A DNA stretch of 64,000 nt, taken from contig MU058065.1 in assembly GCA_013265495.1 (NCBI GenBank), forward strand, positions 2,209,003 to 2,273,002. The letters are read 5' to 3'. Below are positions 24,581 to 36,859 of the stretch, piece after piece. The DNA is from Vicugna vicugna (taxonomy: Eukaryota). Numbering within the stretch: position 1 is the first letter of the stretch; every line of letters begins with the position of its first letter. Made by a program: the position numbers and the translations under genes. The notes below the pieces were generated by a model. That model did not search any database. It was not told the DNA's origin and worked only from the letters and a program-made list of their open reading frames with translations.

Positions 24581-25373
24581 AGCCCTTGAGATCTGGCTTT
24601 CAGGGTAGCTCCTATTCATTCTGCAGGTATTACAGATTATAAGCACCAACATCATTATTATAGAAATGGGTGAACAAAAGAATGTGGGCCCAGAGTTGCT
24701 GACGGTCAAATGTTCAAATAAACTGGCAGCATTGTTTGCCTAGGAATTAGTCAATACATTATTTCTGTACATCCCCATGGGTATTTGAAAAAACTCAAAT
24801 CACAAAGTCTTCAGAAAACACCACATTAGCTCAAAATTTTGGCTTGCTGAACCTGATTATGCTCAGGAAATATTAAACATGTAAATATGATTGATTGTCT
24901 TCCCTGAGGGAAGGGGGAAAATCAATGTTTTACTTTTCTTCTAGTTTGGTCAAGCTTTTTTTTTAAAGTCTTCCTTTTGAAGTCTAAATGCGTAATCCAA
25001 ATAAGCCCTGACACCCTGCAAAGCTTCATCTTACACAGACGCATTGAAAAATGTGTGGCTCAATAGCCAAAAAAGTAATTTAATGGAAATTTCATTCTTT
25101 ACTTACATCTCTTGTAGAATATCAAAAGGGATCAAATTCCTAAACCATGGGAACACATATCAAAACCCTGTTTCCTCTTACACCAATTTTTTCTACACTG
25201 AAGTTGTTTTGAAGCCTCTCATTTATCAAATCCTTGAAATTCTTTCTAACATTCAACCCATGTAAACTCTCTCTTCCACTCCCTCTCTGGTCCACTATCC
25301 TTCTCCACCCATTCTTCTCATTTGACATCACACATACACACAGACAGACTAACAGAACTGCAAAATTCCTAAG

Positions 25374-25857
25374 TGTGGAAAATTAAAAATGGCTGCAACT
25401 CTTTATGTCTCTCTATAACCGTACCTTTTGCAATGTGATTTTATAGCTTCTCTTGTTGAGGTAGAAGTGACCGTGTGCCAATTCCAAATTTAGACTTCAA
25501 AAAATACTTTGCCTGTCCCCCACCCCTACCCTGTGCCTCTTGTCCTGACATGACTATGTGAACAAGCATAGGTTAGCCCGCTGGAAGATAAGTAGAGGAG
25601 AGCCTAGTTGTTCCAGCTGAGAACATCCTAGACAAGCATTCAGCCAACCAGCCATCAACGTGTAAGAGTATAGGAAATACCAGCAAAGCCAGCCAGCAGC
25701 CAGACTAGCAACCCATCACAGATGCATAAGCAAGCCCAGCCAAGACCAGAAGAACCACCCAGCTAACGCACAAATTAACATTCACAGTTTTAAGTCACTG
25801 TCTTTGTTTTTGAGAGTGGTTTGTTACACAGCTCTAGAGCACTAGCTAACTGATACA
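25374..25857 (+). mobile_element. MaLR LTR (MLT1G/H-like)
   Basis: tgtggaaaattaaaaatggctgc...gcaatgtgatttt...ccagaagaaccacccagcta...ttttaagtcact...gtttgttacacagc...taactgataca. Confidence 0.8.
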
Positions 25858-26754
25858 TCAGTGAAAGAGGAAAATCAAAGCTGGAAGCAGAGGGGAAGTA
25901 GAAAATACTCATAAGTAAATTTTGTTTCCTTTTGCTAGGAGCTGATATTTATCAGTGAAAGCTCCTGTCAGTCAGCAATAAAGGGTTCAGTGCTATCATT
26001 TCCTTCTTCTTTGCGTATGATCTACAAAAAACAACTCTGGTCAAAAATTTTTAAAAAACTATACATGGACGTCCTATGACAAATGTAAAAATCTTCTCTA
26101 GCCCCTGCTTGATCATAACAATTTAATCTGCAATCTTCCTTATAGTCTAAGGTAAAGGTCTTTTCCTATCACACACATGGCTTCTAGTCAGAGTCCACTG
26201 GTTTTGTTGAGAGCAGTGCCTACGTTTCAAAGAAGGATTTATCAGAATCTGTGAAAGCTTTATGTATGAGCAACAGCAATGTGTAAGTCACTGGTTCCTG
26301 GCAGAGCTGTAATAACATCTACATATTGGCTGCATCCACTTAGGAAATATTCCCCTTTTGAGGGTATTCGTTTGCTTTCAGACATTTTGGACATAAATTG
26401 TTTTGAAGTTAGGGTACATACCTCTGAGACATTGCCAAAGAACTGCTTTCATCACATCCAAACCCTCTTCCCACAAGATACTCTATAGCTTGTTTATTTT
26501 AAAAAGGAGATCCATAACATGATAATGATGATAAGGCATTTCCTCAAGATTTAGCACACACATTTCAAGACAAATTGAATTAGGAAATAATATGTAATGT
26601 CACCATCTGGTGACTTTCCCCAAATGTTACAACTATCTCCATGCCAATACGCAACATTTTATTAATGCCTTTAAGCAATAAAAGATGATTTTTAAAAAGA
26701 CATATGGGAATTGTTTTGTAATGTTTGATAATCTCATAAAGAACAGTGTATTGG

Positions 26755-27262
26755 AGTGTCTTTGGGGGGTTCTGTGTTTACAACACTGAATCCAACTGTA
26801 ACTAAATTAAGCGCAAAGGAACTTATTGAGAAGGTCATGGAATGAGTCTCACAATCAACAGAAAAGCTAAAGCAAACAAACAAAAACCCCCTCAGTCACC
26901 TGAAAGGACAGGGAACACAGTTGGCACCAGGTCTGAGGTGTCAGGAATTATTTAATGAATCACATCTTCAAATTGCCATTGTCATGACGAACAACCTCCA
27001 GCTGTTTTCAGTCTCCTGGGGCCATTTTCGTTATGATTCCAATTCCAGGAAGAGAGTATCTACTTGGCTTAACTTGTGTCACCTACTCAGTCTTGCCCAA
27101 GGGAGGGTGAGGCCACCTCAATTGACAGTCGCCCCCACGACACTTCCAATGGGGCAGTGTGCGTGGAGGGGAAGACAGTAGTTCCCCAAAGCAACATCAG
27201 TGTTCTGTGGTCTGAGGAGTGAAAACTGGGTTCTGGGAAATCAAGTAACAGAAGTCTCCACT
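26755..27262 (-). mobile_element. Old MaLR LTR (MLT1J/K/L-like)
   Basis: aatccaactgtaactaaattaagcgcaaaggaacttattg...gagagtatctacttggct...gtagttccccaaag. Confidence 0.6.
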
Positions 27263-27544
27263 CAAAAGACCTCGGGAAGTTGAATGAAACCTAAAGATCC
27301 CCCCCTACTTTGCTCTACCATCTTCCGCTCTATGCAGACTTGTAAACACTGTTGAAAACGGCTCTATGGACAAGGCCTGGAGCAAAGGTGAGAGATGAAC
27401 TATTCCAAAGGCAATTTGAAAGGAGAGAGGGGATTAGCTTTCAGCTTAATTGGGCACAAAAAAGACCCTGCTGTCACCACTAAGGCAGAGTGAATAAGGG
27501 AGCAGAGAATATGGAGAAGTAAAAACACACATAAACAAACAGAC

Positions 27545-27836
27545 AAAAAAAGCGAAGCTGGTAACAAACAAAGAAGCTCTCACAGACTTAGAGAACAAAC
27601 CAGTGGTTACTACTGGGGAGAGGGAAGCAGGAGGGGAAATATAGGGACAGAACATAAAGAGACACAAACTATAAGGTACAAAATAAGCTACAAGGATGTA
27701 TTGGACAACACGGGGCATATAGCCAGTATTTTGCAATAACTAAACATGGAGTATAACCTTTAAAAATTGTGAAGCACCGTCTTGTACACCTGTAATTTTA
27801 TAATATTGTACAGCAATTACACTTAAATTTAAAACA
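27545..27836 (+). mobile_element. L1 3'UTR fragment
   Basis: ctcacagacttagagaacaaaccagtggttac...aaataagctacaaggatgtattggacaacacggggcatatagccag...tattgtacagcaattacactt. Confidence 0.85.
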
Positions 27837-28183
27837 ATAACGACAGTTTAAAAAAGCAAAGGAGAAGGAAATAAATCCATTATGAGGGAAAAAATGCCAT
27901 GATAATGACTCTCCCTCTGAAACTATGTAGACTGAACAAGTGCAGAGTGGATGCTTGCTTATGTTAACATCACTGTTTTCTACGTCTTAATTGTGACTTC
28001 AGAGATACCCAGAATAATTTCAAGTTTTGTATTTTCTAAGTTGATCCTCTCTGCCCTCTCTTCTTTGTACCTCAACTGACTCTTTCCTCTTAAAATTAAT
28101 TTAAACCTAACCTTGTGTTATTAGTAGTGATGGTGGAGAATAACATGTCATTACCCTTCCTATCTCATATGTTTGCCATTCTT

Positions 28184-28274
28184 TTTTTTCTTTAAGTGGA
28201 GGTATAGGGGATTGAACTCAGGACCTCGTGCATGCTGAGCACATGCTCTGCTACGGAGCTATGCCCACCCTCCT
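28184..28274 (-). mobile_element. tRNA-Ala-derived SINE (camelid Vic-1-like, short form) or tRNA-Ala retrocopy, with perfect 16-bp TSD
   Basis: Reverse complement gggcatagctccgtagcagagcatgtgctcagcatgcacgaggtcctgagttcaatcccctatacctcca plus an A-tail resembles tRNA-Ala(AGC). TSD tatgtttgccattctt at 28168-28183 and 28275-28290. Confidence 0.92.
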
Positions 28275-28719
28275 TATGTTTGCCATTCTTAAACCAATCC
28301 CAGTCTTGCTGTGAGCCAAGCTAAATGGTCCAATGACCTTTTCCCACTAGTATTCAGCCCTTAACAAGTTTTCTGAAAGAAGAGGTATCACCTTCACTGT
28401 GTTCTCAGAAGAGGCCCAAGTCTATCTTCTCTCCATTCAGAGTGCAAATGATTTGTTTTAAAGGAAGAATTATACTGAACTGATGGAGTTTGACCCCCAT
28501 CCTTCCTTTAAAATGTATGCTTGCAAATATCCTCCCACACAAATGCAATGGTAGTTTCCTTAGGGCACATTAAGGCATCTCAACCTGAGTTGCTAGCATC
28601 TCAGCATCCTAGACTGATGGGGGAGGGGCAGAAGCCACAATAAGAAGGAGCCAGGACAAGCTTGGCAAGCCTCCCAGGCTATAAGACCAGCCCCCAAACA
28701 AATCAGCCGATCAGGAAAA

Positions 28720-28945
28720 GTAATAATAACATCAGGTGGTATTCATGTGTGCGGGACTTAGGTCAAGTGTTTCACATGCATGGTCTCATTTAATTCTCTT
28801 ATTCACCCTTGCTTTGGGGTTATTTTTCTCATCTACAGAGGATGAAACTAGGGCTCAGAGGGTGAAGAAATGCATTCACAACTACACGGTGTAGGAAGTG
28901 TCAGAGCCAGGATTCAGACCGGGTCGTCTGGCTCCAGGACTCAGG
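28720..28945 (-). mobile_element. MIR SINE
   Basis: tctcatttaattctc...gaaactagggctcagagggtgaag...cagagccaggattcagaccgggtcgtctggctccag. Confidence 0.82.
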
Positions 28946-31133
28946 CTGGAAGTGGCTGTTCTCACTAGGATGATACCCAATGCTGGAGGTGGAGATGAGT
29001 GCCCAGTCTGGTGGGCAGCTGCCTAACGGGTCTAAGAGAAGGCCGTGGAAGGCCAACACCCTGAGAGAGGATTTGACAAGGACTGGGCAGGATATGGGAC
29101 ATCCTGCCGGGGCAGGATGAGCTGGTGGGGAGGAGAGGCCTGGTCTTGAGCCTCAGCAGCAATCCAAATGTCAAACGTGTCGGTGTCTGACTGCCTCAGT
29201 CGCACCCAAGATGAAGACCAGAGGCTTGTTGCCCAGTGGGTGTTGTTGAGGTGAAGCTCACGAGCCAATGAGAGACAAGCCTGGGAATACGTCAACAGTT
29301 GCCACACCACCAGGGCCATGCTCGGTGTCTGACTTGAGCCTAGATAAACGGTCACCTAAGAGACCAGAGCCACAGCCAGAACCTATGTATTCCCTCCAGC
29401 CCTGCTCACAGCCAGTACTGTGTGTGCCCACTCACTGTATCCATCCAGGCCCCGATCCGTTCCTTGCTGGACCAGAACCCTAAAAACCTACCTAGCCCTG
29501 CCCTGCCCTCCTCTCTCCAGTGAGCTGAACCCTGTTTCTCAGCCCAGCGGCCATTTGTCAGTAACACCATTTCATTCCAAACACATCCTCCCTGGATTCA
29601 AAATGCGACTAACCATCGATGCTGGCTACCGTGACCACTCAGAGGTCTTGCTACTGTGTCCTCAGTCCCCAAACCAGACCAGTTGGCTGCTGATGCCAGG
29701 CCTGGTCAAACTCAGTCTTACCTGGTAATTAAGGTGGCTGGCTCCCTTCCTTGGGCAAGGATCTCCCAAACGGTCGCTGTCAGTTTCCTCCGCCCCTGCA
29801 GCCCAAGCCCAGTCTGAGTCTGCACGCTCTCCCCCGCTACCAGCCTGTGGATGGGGTCCCCACACTCCTGGGGTCAAGCTTGTTATCATAACAGCAGCTG
29901 CAAATCAGAAACCCAGTTGTAGGGACCGGCCCTACGTGGTGTGGGGCAGACAGCACAGGTCACCGGGATAAGGGCCACCTCGGGCTGCCTGGCTCCACAC
30001 ACGCAGGGCTGGGGATCACGGAGGCTGCTATGACCTCACTCCCTCTTTCATGCTCTCTCACTGCTGGGCATTTGTATCGGATGTTCTGTTCCCGGGGGCC
30101 TGCCTCCTCTTACCTCTGCCCAGAACTCCCCAAGATACCCGCTGGCTTTTCCCATGTTGAAATTGCATTTCTTCTCTGCTTATTGTTTTGGGGGAAGAAA
30201 CAGTTATGAAAGCCCTTTCTGTGGCTGTCCCACTGGCTGGTGTCCATGCAGGTGGGACCTTGGTCCTTCAAGCCAATGGCTTCACTCCTTTCAGGCAACA
30301 CTGAGCCGCTCCAGGCAGCCCTCACCAAGGACACCGTCAGCCTGGCTGTTGCTCATTAGCTCTCAGGAGCTGGGAAGAAGGAATCAGAATCAGCTTTTTC
30401 GGAGATCCACAACTCTTCCCCTTGAGCCAGGACTGTTCACCTCGAGAATGGGAGTGGGTTTCATGAGTTATTGTATTTGAATAGTATTTTTCAAATGTGC
30501 ATTTTCCTGAAAATAGGGTCCATTTCTTTAAGCAGATTCTCTCCCTCACCCACCCTCCCTACGTCCTGTTGATGTTGTCCCTGGACTTCCTCTGCACCTG
30601 CATCCCCCACCATTACCCTGGTCCAAGCTGCCGGAACTGCTGTAACAGCCTCCCAGTGGCCCAGGCCTATGCTTTTGCCCGCCACCACCCGCCCCCCCAC
30701 AACCATCAGACACCAACTAGGGTCAGAATGATCCTTAAAAATTTAGTTGGTGGGGGCAGCCTGTCAACTCAGAGAGCTGCACCCTTCCACTCCCACTCAT
30801 CCGCTGAGATATTTCGCTTTTGCTGCACAGTTTCTTCCCCTGTGCTCTGCCCTCGGCGGACGCTCTGCTTCCACCAGCCCAATTCCCGCCATCACTGTGA
30901 TCCTGAGTCAAGATGGATATTTGAAGAGCTGGTACACAGAGAGGTGGAAGGGAAGGGTAAGGCCGTGATAAAGCCATGGCGCTGCAGGCTGACAGCTGGG
31001 GCAGAGGAAGGGTGAGGGAGGGAAGGAGGGATGAAGAGGTAAGAGGTTCCAGAGCTGCTCGAGCGGGCAGGATAGAGACGGCGGTTTCAAGAAGTGCGGT
31101 TGTGTGTTATAAATTACACCATGTATTAGTCAT

Positions 31134-31591
31134 TGTGGTGGGTAGAACAGTGTCCCCCCAAAATGCATGTCCACCCAGAACCTCGGAATGTGACCTTATT
31201 TGGAAATAAGGTCTTTGCAGATCAGTTAAGATGAGGTCATGCTGGATTCTTGTGAGCTCTGAATACGGCATTGGTACCCTTATGAGAAGACACAGACTGA
31301 CACATAGATACACACAGAGAAAAAGGCCACGTGAAGATGAAGGCGGCCACGTGAAGATGAAGGCGGCCATGTGAAGATGAAGGCGGCTACAAGCCAAGGG
31401 ACACCAAGGTTCACCAACGACTACCAGAAACTAGGAAGAGGCAAGAAAGAATTCTTCCCTAGATCCTTCAGAGGGAGCCTAACCCAGGTGACACCTTGAT
31501 TTCAGACTGGTAGCTTCCAGAACCGAGTATAAATTTCTGCTGCCACTCAGTTTGTGGTACTTCGTTACCGCAGCCCTAGGAAGCTAACACA
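31134..31591 (+). mobile_element. MaLR LTR (MLT1C-like)
   Basis: tgtggtgggtagaacagtgtccccc...gaatgtgaccttatttggaaataaggtctttgcagat...cgcagccctaggaagctaacaca. Confidence 0.9.
31325..31390 (+). repeat. 20-bp tandem repeat x3.3 (GGCCACGTGAAGATGAAGGC)
   Basis: Units at 31325, 31345 and 31365 (third has CATGTG), plus partial ggctac. Confidence 0.95.
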
Positions 31592-32109
31592 GTTGTGTTA
31601 CACCAGGGCAACAAACAAACCCTGAAACCTCAAGGCCTTAAGAGGGGGTTTTATTTCTCACTCACCCAAAGTCTGATGCAGGACACCAGCCCTCTTACAC
31701 GTTGTCATCCAGAAAGGTGACCTCCAAGATCACTGCTGCAGGTAAAGCAAGGACTGAAAGATCACACAAAATGTGCTTGAGAACCAGACCTGAAAATGAC
31801 TTTCATCATTCTTGGCAAACCCAGCCTCACAGTCCCAACCAAACCAAGCTGCGAGGCAGGCTGGCAAACAGAGAAGAGCACAGAGGTAACGGAAGAACTT
31901 GATACTCTGCCACAGAGCCCCCTTCGAGGCACAGGAACGGTTAGAAGGATCTTTCATTGCATTTCACTGACAGTGTTTTGCATTTAAATGAAGTATCAAG
32001 GCAAGACTGAGCCCTAAGCTGCCCAGAAGGACCTGGTGGGTTTATATAATCATGTCATTCCTAGATTAGAGCCCTTTGTTTTATTTCTTTTTTCTCTTGG
32101 GAGAAAGAA

Positions 32110-32540
32110 AAATCATTATGGTCTCCAAGTTCTATCTTATGTCATCTGGACCCTGCCAACCTCTTTGGTGTGAGATATGCCACCATCTCCCCCAGTCTCT
32201 CTCCCCCATCACATAGATCTTCTTCAGTTTCCTCTAGGGCATCAAACTGCTGCTTTGTACAGCACCCCATCCCTACACCTTCCTCCTCCAACACCTGCTT
32301 TCAGACCTCAGTTTACACATATCACTTGCTAAGGAAAGTCTTAACCTTATTACTTCTCCTTCCCAGTCTAAATTGTATCCTTCAGTTATTCTCACATAGT
32401 TCCTTATACTTTCCTTTCTTATTACTTATCATAGTTTGTCATTTATGTGTATGTATTTGATCCATCTCTCTTTCTCTCTCCTTTGCTGCCATTTCTTGGG
32501 AAATATTTATTTAAAATGAATGAATGAATGAATGAATGGG
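32110..32540 (+). mobile_element. L2 3' end with (AATG)n tail
   Basis: atctggaccctgccaacctct...ttcagacctcagttt...aaatatttattt...aatgaatgaatgaatgaatgaatg. Confidence 0.65.
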
Positions 32541-32606
32541 TGAATTCTGAAAAAAGCCTTTCCTCCCCTAAAAAAGTTAATTGCTTTAAAATATTCCAAA
32601 GTAGGT

Positions 32607-33110
32607 TGTGTTCATTATGATACTTTTGGCTACAGGTAAAAGAAATAACCACTCAAAATTTTCAAGACAATAAAGGATATTTATTACTTATATAATAAGG
32701 GATTCCTAGATAGGGGGCACCTCCTGGGTTGATTAATTCAGCAGCCCAGTAACATCGTCAAAGACCCAGGTCCCCTCCATCTTTTGCATCTTCCACCCTC
32801 GCGACATATCTTAGTTACTACTGGGCCGCGAGTAGAGGTGATCTCCTCCTTCAGTAAAAATCTCTTTTTATGATCAAGACAACCTTTTTCAGAAGCTTCC
32901 CTGCCAACTGACTTCCCTAAGATGATTTCTAACTCTAAACCAAGCACTGGCAAAGAGAATATAATTATTATGATTGGCCAAGATTAATGAGGATTTGCTC
33001 CTAAGGCAGGGATCAGAGAGAGAAATGGATAGATGTCTGAACAAAATCCAGATTCTGGTAGCAAGAAAGGGGGATTGCATTTACAGATAAACAACCATTT
33101 CTGCTACACA
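32607..33110 (-). mobile_element. Old MaLR LTR (MLT1J/K-like)
   Basis: cttttggctacaggtaaaagaaataaccactcaaa...gtcaaagacccaggt...aacaaaatccagattctggtagcaagaaag...ctgctacaca. Confidence 0.7.
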
Positions 33111-33409
33111 CTGATTGGCAACTTGACAGATGTGTTGCCAGATTTTGATTGGAGTATAGAATTTATTACATGAAATTCCCATCCTGATATTAATAGATAT
33201 CAGATAGAAATGCTATATAGAGCTAATTGTGTTGCTATGATGCAGTACAGGGTATATTTTCCCACAAGGAAGAGTCAGGAGGCATCGAATATTGCAAAGA
33301 TATAGTACTGGCACACATGAAAGTCTTTTCTTGTAAATCAGAGCAAATGTTCAGGACAATGGAGACACAGGTCTAAAGAGGCACGAAGTGGATTATTTCA
33401 TAGCTATGG

Positions 33410-33900
33410 TGTTGGGTTGCACCCCCAAGCCTGCAAACCCTGTACTTGCCCAGACTCAAGACCAAAGAAAAAGCTTGGAGTCACAACAGAGACATCAGTA
33501 GCTTAGTGGTTAGGGAGGGTCTTTCATGTCTGAGGCGAGGTCCTGGAGCAACGCCCCACTGTGTGCAGTAGACGGCAGGCAGGACAAGGCAGTAGTCTTG
33601 GCTACCAGGGGGAGAGGGAGGTTTCCAGTTATAGAGGGAATTGACATCAGGTTGACTCATCCGTTACTAGGGAGACCAACAGAGGGGCACGTCCCTTTGA
33701 TAAGCTATCCTAGTGGAGATAGTTCTGATCTATAGATTAGAACAGTCTCTAGCTGGGGCTGAGGCAAGAATGTCAGCATTTGCTGATTCTGCTCTATGAT
33801 TAAGAGGGAAGTTTGGTTAGGTGAGTAGAGCATAGGCGGAGCAGGAACTGGTGGAGCAGGGGATGTACAGAGAGTAAGAGAATGGCCATCGTGGATATAA
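33410..33900 (-). mobile_element. Probable solo ERV LTR, relatively young and lineage-specific
   Basis: Begins tgttgggttgc (an LTR ...AACA end on the minus strand). Has minus-strand TATAAC near 33630, retained CpGs and a GC-richer composition than its flanks. The right boundary is uncertain. Confidence 0.5.
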
Positions 33901-33929
33901 CTTACCCGCCAAAACTTTAGCACAGGGGT

Positions 33930-34985
33930 CTTCGGGAGTGTCCCATGTCTCGGTAGTAATCAACACACAGAGTACCCAGCTCTTGGTTTCTAAATGCTGT
34001 TCTCCAATGCAAGGAATCAGGGCTCCTTCAAGAGTTGCCTGATTCTAAGGCTGGGTAGAGAAAAAGCATAAGGTGAGCCTACACACCTTATAATTCCAGG
34101 AAGCAAGGAAGTGATCAAAAGGCAAAAGGTTGGGGCATGTCAAAGGGACACGGGAAAAGCTCCCAGTGGCTAAATGGGGAACAACCAAATGAGTAGCATA
34201 GTATTACTGTATTGCGGCCCCAAATATCAAGTAAACATACATAAGTCCATACTGATATAAATAAATTAATTAATTAAATCAGTGCATGAGGGAGAAGGGA
34301 CAAATCTTCCCTACAGAAGAAGCAGATACAAGGATCTACTATTCATACAAGCAGACATTCCCAGCTCCAGAAGGTGGAGACTGACCTCCTCGAGTGTGAG
34401 CTGGGCTTGGTGAATTGCACCCAAGTAATACATGGAAAGGATGAAATAGTGACTTTTCAGTGGAGAAATGGCAAATACCACCTTAACCACATAATCAGGG
34501 TCAGCTTCGCTGATCACATTGACGGAACGCAGCCCCGACATGATGTGATGAGAAAAGCCCTTCACCTTCATGGTTTTCTTCCTCCAAACCCACAATTCCA
34601 GTCTAATCATGAGGAAAGCATCAAACAAACCCAAGTTGAAAGATATTCTACGAAACACCGGACCAGGACTCCTCAAAGTCAAGGTCATGAAAAGCAAGGA
34701 AAAACTGAGATCTGTCACAGACCAGAAGAGAACAAGGAGACTTGATAACTAAATGCAATGGGTACCCTGCATGGTATCTTGGAACAGAAAAGGATTCTGC
34801 GTGGGGCAGGGGAGACTGGTGAGATCCAAATAAATTCTGGAGTTTCCTTAGCGGTAATGTGCCAATGTTACTCTCTCTGTTTCCACAAATGTAAGATGGA
34901 CTCTTTATGTTATTGCTGCAACTTTTCGCAAACCTAAAATTATTCCAAAATTAAAAGTTAATTTTAAAAAATGTAATTAAAAAAA
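33930..34985 (+). mobile_element. L1MC/L1MD 3' end
   Basis: tacccagctcttggtttctaaat...aaggaatcagggctcctt...ccagtctaatcatgaggaaagcatcaaacaaaccc...caacttttc...aaaattattccaaaattaaaagtt. Confidence 0.85.
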
Positions 34986-35159
34986 CAGGTTGAGAACAAT
35001 GGCTCTAAAACCTATGCTTGGATTAGGCAACAATATCAAAGAGCTGGACTGCCTGGGCGCCTGAAGCAAATGGTGTTGCTACCCTGACTCCACTCCCTTC
35101 GTTATAGAATTATCTGATGTTGCTTTGGCATAATTCCATCAACTCATACTAACGGATAC

Positions 35160-35490
35160 TGCTGTGGTCCGAATGTTTGTGTCCCTCCAAATTCGTATAT
35201 TGAAATCCCAATGACCAAGGTAGTGGTATTAAGAGGCGGGGCCATGAGGGTGAACCCTCATGAATGGAATTAGTGCCCTTCTGAAAGCAGACCCACCGAG
35301 CTCCCTATCCTCTTCCACCATGTGAGGACACAGCAAGAAGTCCACAATGCAGAAGAGAGCCCTCGCCTAACCACACAGGCACCCTGATCTCAGACTTCCA
35401 GCCTCCAGAGCTGTGAGAAATACATTTCTGTTGTTTATACGCCACCCAGTCTGTGGTTTTTTGTTGTCACAGTCCAAATGGACAAAGACA
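35160..35490 (+). mobile_element. MaLR LTR (MLT1A/MST-like)
   Basis: tgctgtggtccgaatgtttgtgtccctccaaattcgtatattgaaatcc...cttccagcctccagagctgtgagaaatacatttctg...gacaaagaca. Confidence 0.9.
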
Positions 35491-35849
35491 GATGTTACTA
35501 CATTGTAACATATTAAATGGATCAACTTATTGTTGGCACATGACATAATGTCTCCCCAAAGATCCACAAAAGATATCTTTTAGACTTAGTGCCAGAGCCG
35601 TGTTTCTCCTGAAAACGTATTTTAAAGACCCCAATGGCTAGGAAGCTTTGAACCAAATCTGCCACCCACTTCTGGGAGTTTTAGGACTTCAGACATGTAC
35701 CTTAGGGAACATCCTGATTCCTGGCTTCATGTTACCATCATACCTTTATATGCCCTTCACTCCAATCTCCATCTGTTGGAATTGGGCCCCTCATCCACAG
35801 ACCCATGGGCACCCAGGTCAGAGCCTGGCTCATGGGAGCAGCCACTCAC

Positions 35850-36072
35850 ACGGCTTTTACTCTGTGCCAGGCACTCTTCACACTCTTTACAAACAACTCA
35901 CGTAAATGTCCTACCAACCTGGTAGGGTAGCTACTGTTCTCAACCCCATTGTACAGGTAAGGAAACTGATGCCCAGAGAAGGTAAGCAACTGGTCCAAGT
36001 TACAGAGAGGGTAAAACACCACTTGGATTCAAATTCAGAAAGTCTGACTCCAGAGTCTGTGTCCTCAACCTC
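35850..36072 (-). mobile_element. MIR SINE
   Basis: tactctgtgccaggcactc...ccccattgtacaggtaaggaaactgatgcccagagaaggtaag...gtctgactccagagtc. Confidence 0.85.
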
Positions 36073-36859
36073 ATAATGCCAAATGGCTTGTCAAAATGAG
36101 GGATTGGGAGAGGAAGCGGAGAGAGGGAGGGACAGAAGAGGGTGGAGCTCCAGAGGCCTTTAGTCAAAGGGGTGTGGTTGTTGCTCACAGCAGCAGGATT
36201 TGAGGAAGGCTTTGAGGATGCCACTGTCACTCCACTCAGAGATGTCTGTGCCCCTGAGTGATACAGCACTCCCTATTTAGGGTTTAAGACAAGAGCTCAT
36301 TAAAATGCAAATATTATTTTAAAGGGAGTGAAGCGAGCGTTAAATTTGATTTATCCCCTCGGCTGGTCAGTCCTCTAGAATGAGGACCAGGGAAGGTAAT
36401 TTCTGATGAGTGGACACAAGGCCCCAAGTTTATCGGGCTTCCCAGGAGGCAGGAAGAGGAGGATTCCCCTTTGGAAAGGCTGGAAAGAGCCTAGGTGAGA
36501 ACGCTGGGGGCCTGAGGAGGGTGGGAACAGGGAGAAGCCCCTGAAAGCTGGGGAAGAGCATGGGCAAACGCCTCGCCCACCTGGACATCTCCCCAGGGGC
36601 CGGTTGGCTCTGCTGGGCATCACGGACAAGCCAACCTGGGAGGAGCCGGGGGAGCAGCAGTGTGAGTCATCTCCGGCTGTACCACATTCTGTTTACTTTG
36701 CTTTGGAGGGCCCCCACCCGTGTCCTCATTCTTTCAAACCCCAGAATCTACATTAGATATAATGGTCTCACAAAGACCAAATTTATCTAAAGCACTATTT
36801 CCCGTTTCTTGCAGGCAACATGGGATGCCTGTGAGGCAGCACTGAATCAGGAAATCGGG

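Larger units (their letters stand above)
31122..31915 (-). mobile_element. Old MaLR LTR (MLT1I/J-like) hosting a nested MLT1C
   Basis: tgtattagtc at 31122 resumes after 31591 as ...gcaacaaacaaaccctgaaacctcaaggcttaa...ttttatttctcactcac...ctctgccaca. Confidence 0.65.

Noticed and set aside
28184..28274. Functional tRNA-Ala genes at 28184, 51528 and 58702
   Set aside because: Stem-breaking substitutions, A-tails and TSDs identify them as retroposed copies.
28960..30450. GC-richer unique-looking stretch as an exon cluster or regulatory island
   Set aside because: No consistent ORF or splice pattern, and CpG density is well below the true island. I cannot support a call.
30497..31015. 172-aa ORF (also 43038-43535, 49183-49656 and 60730-61224)
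   Set aside because: No domain similarity or exon context that I can see, and some overlap L2 debris. Lengths are compatible with chance.
31325..31390. CRISPR-like array
   Set aside because: Head-to-tail tandem units with no spacers, inside a mammalian LTR, with no cas genes.
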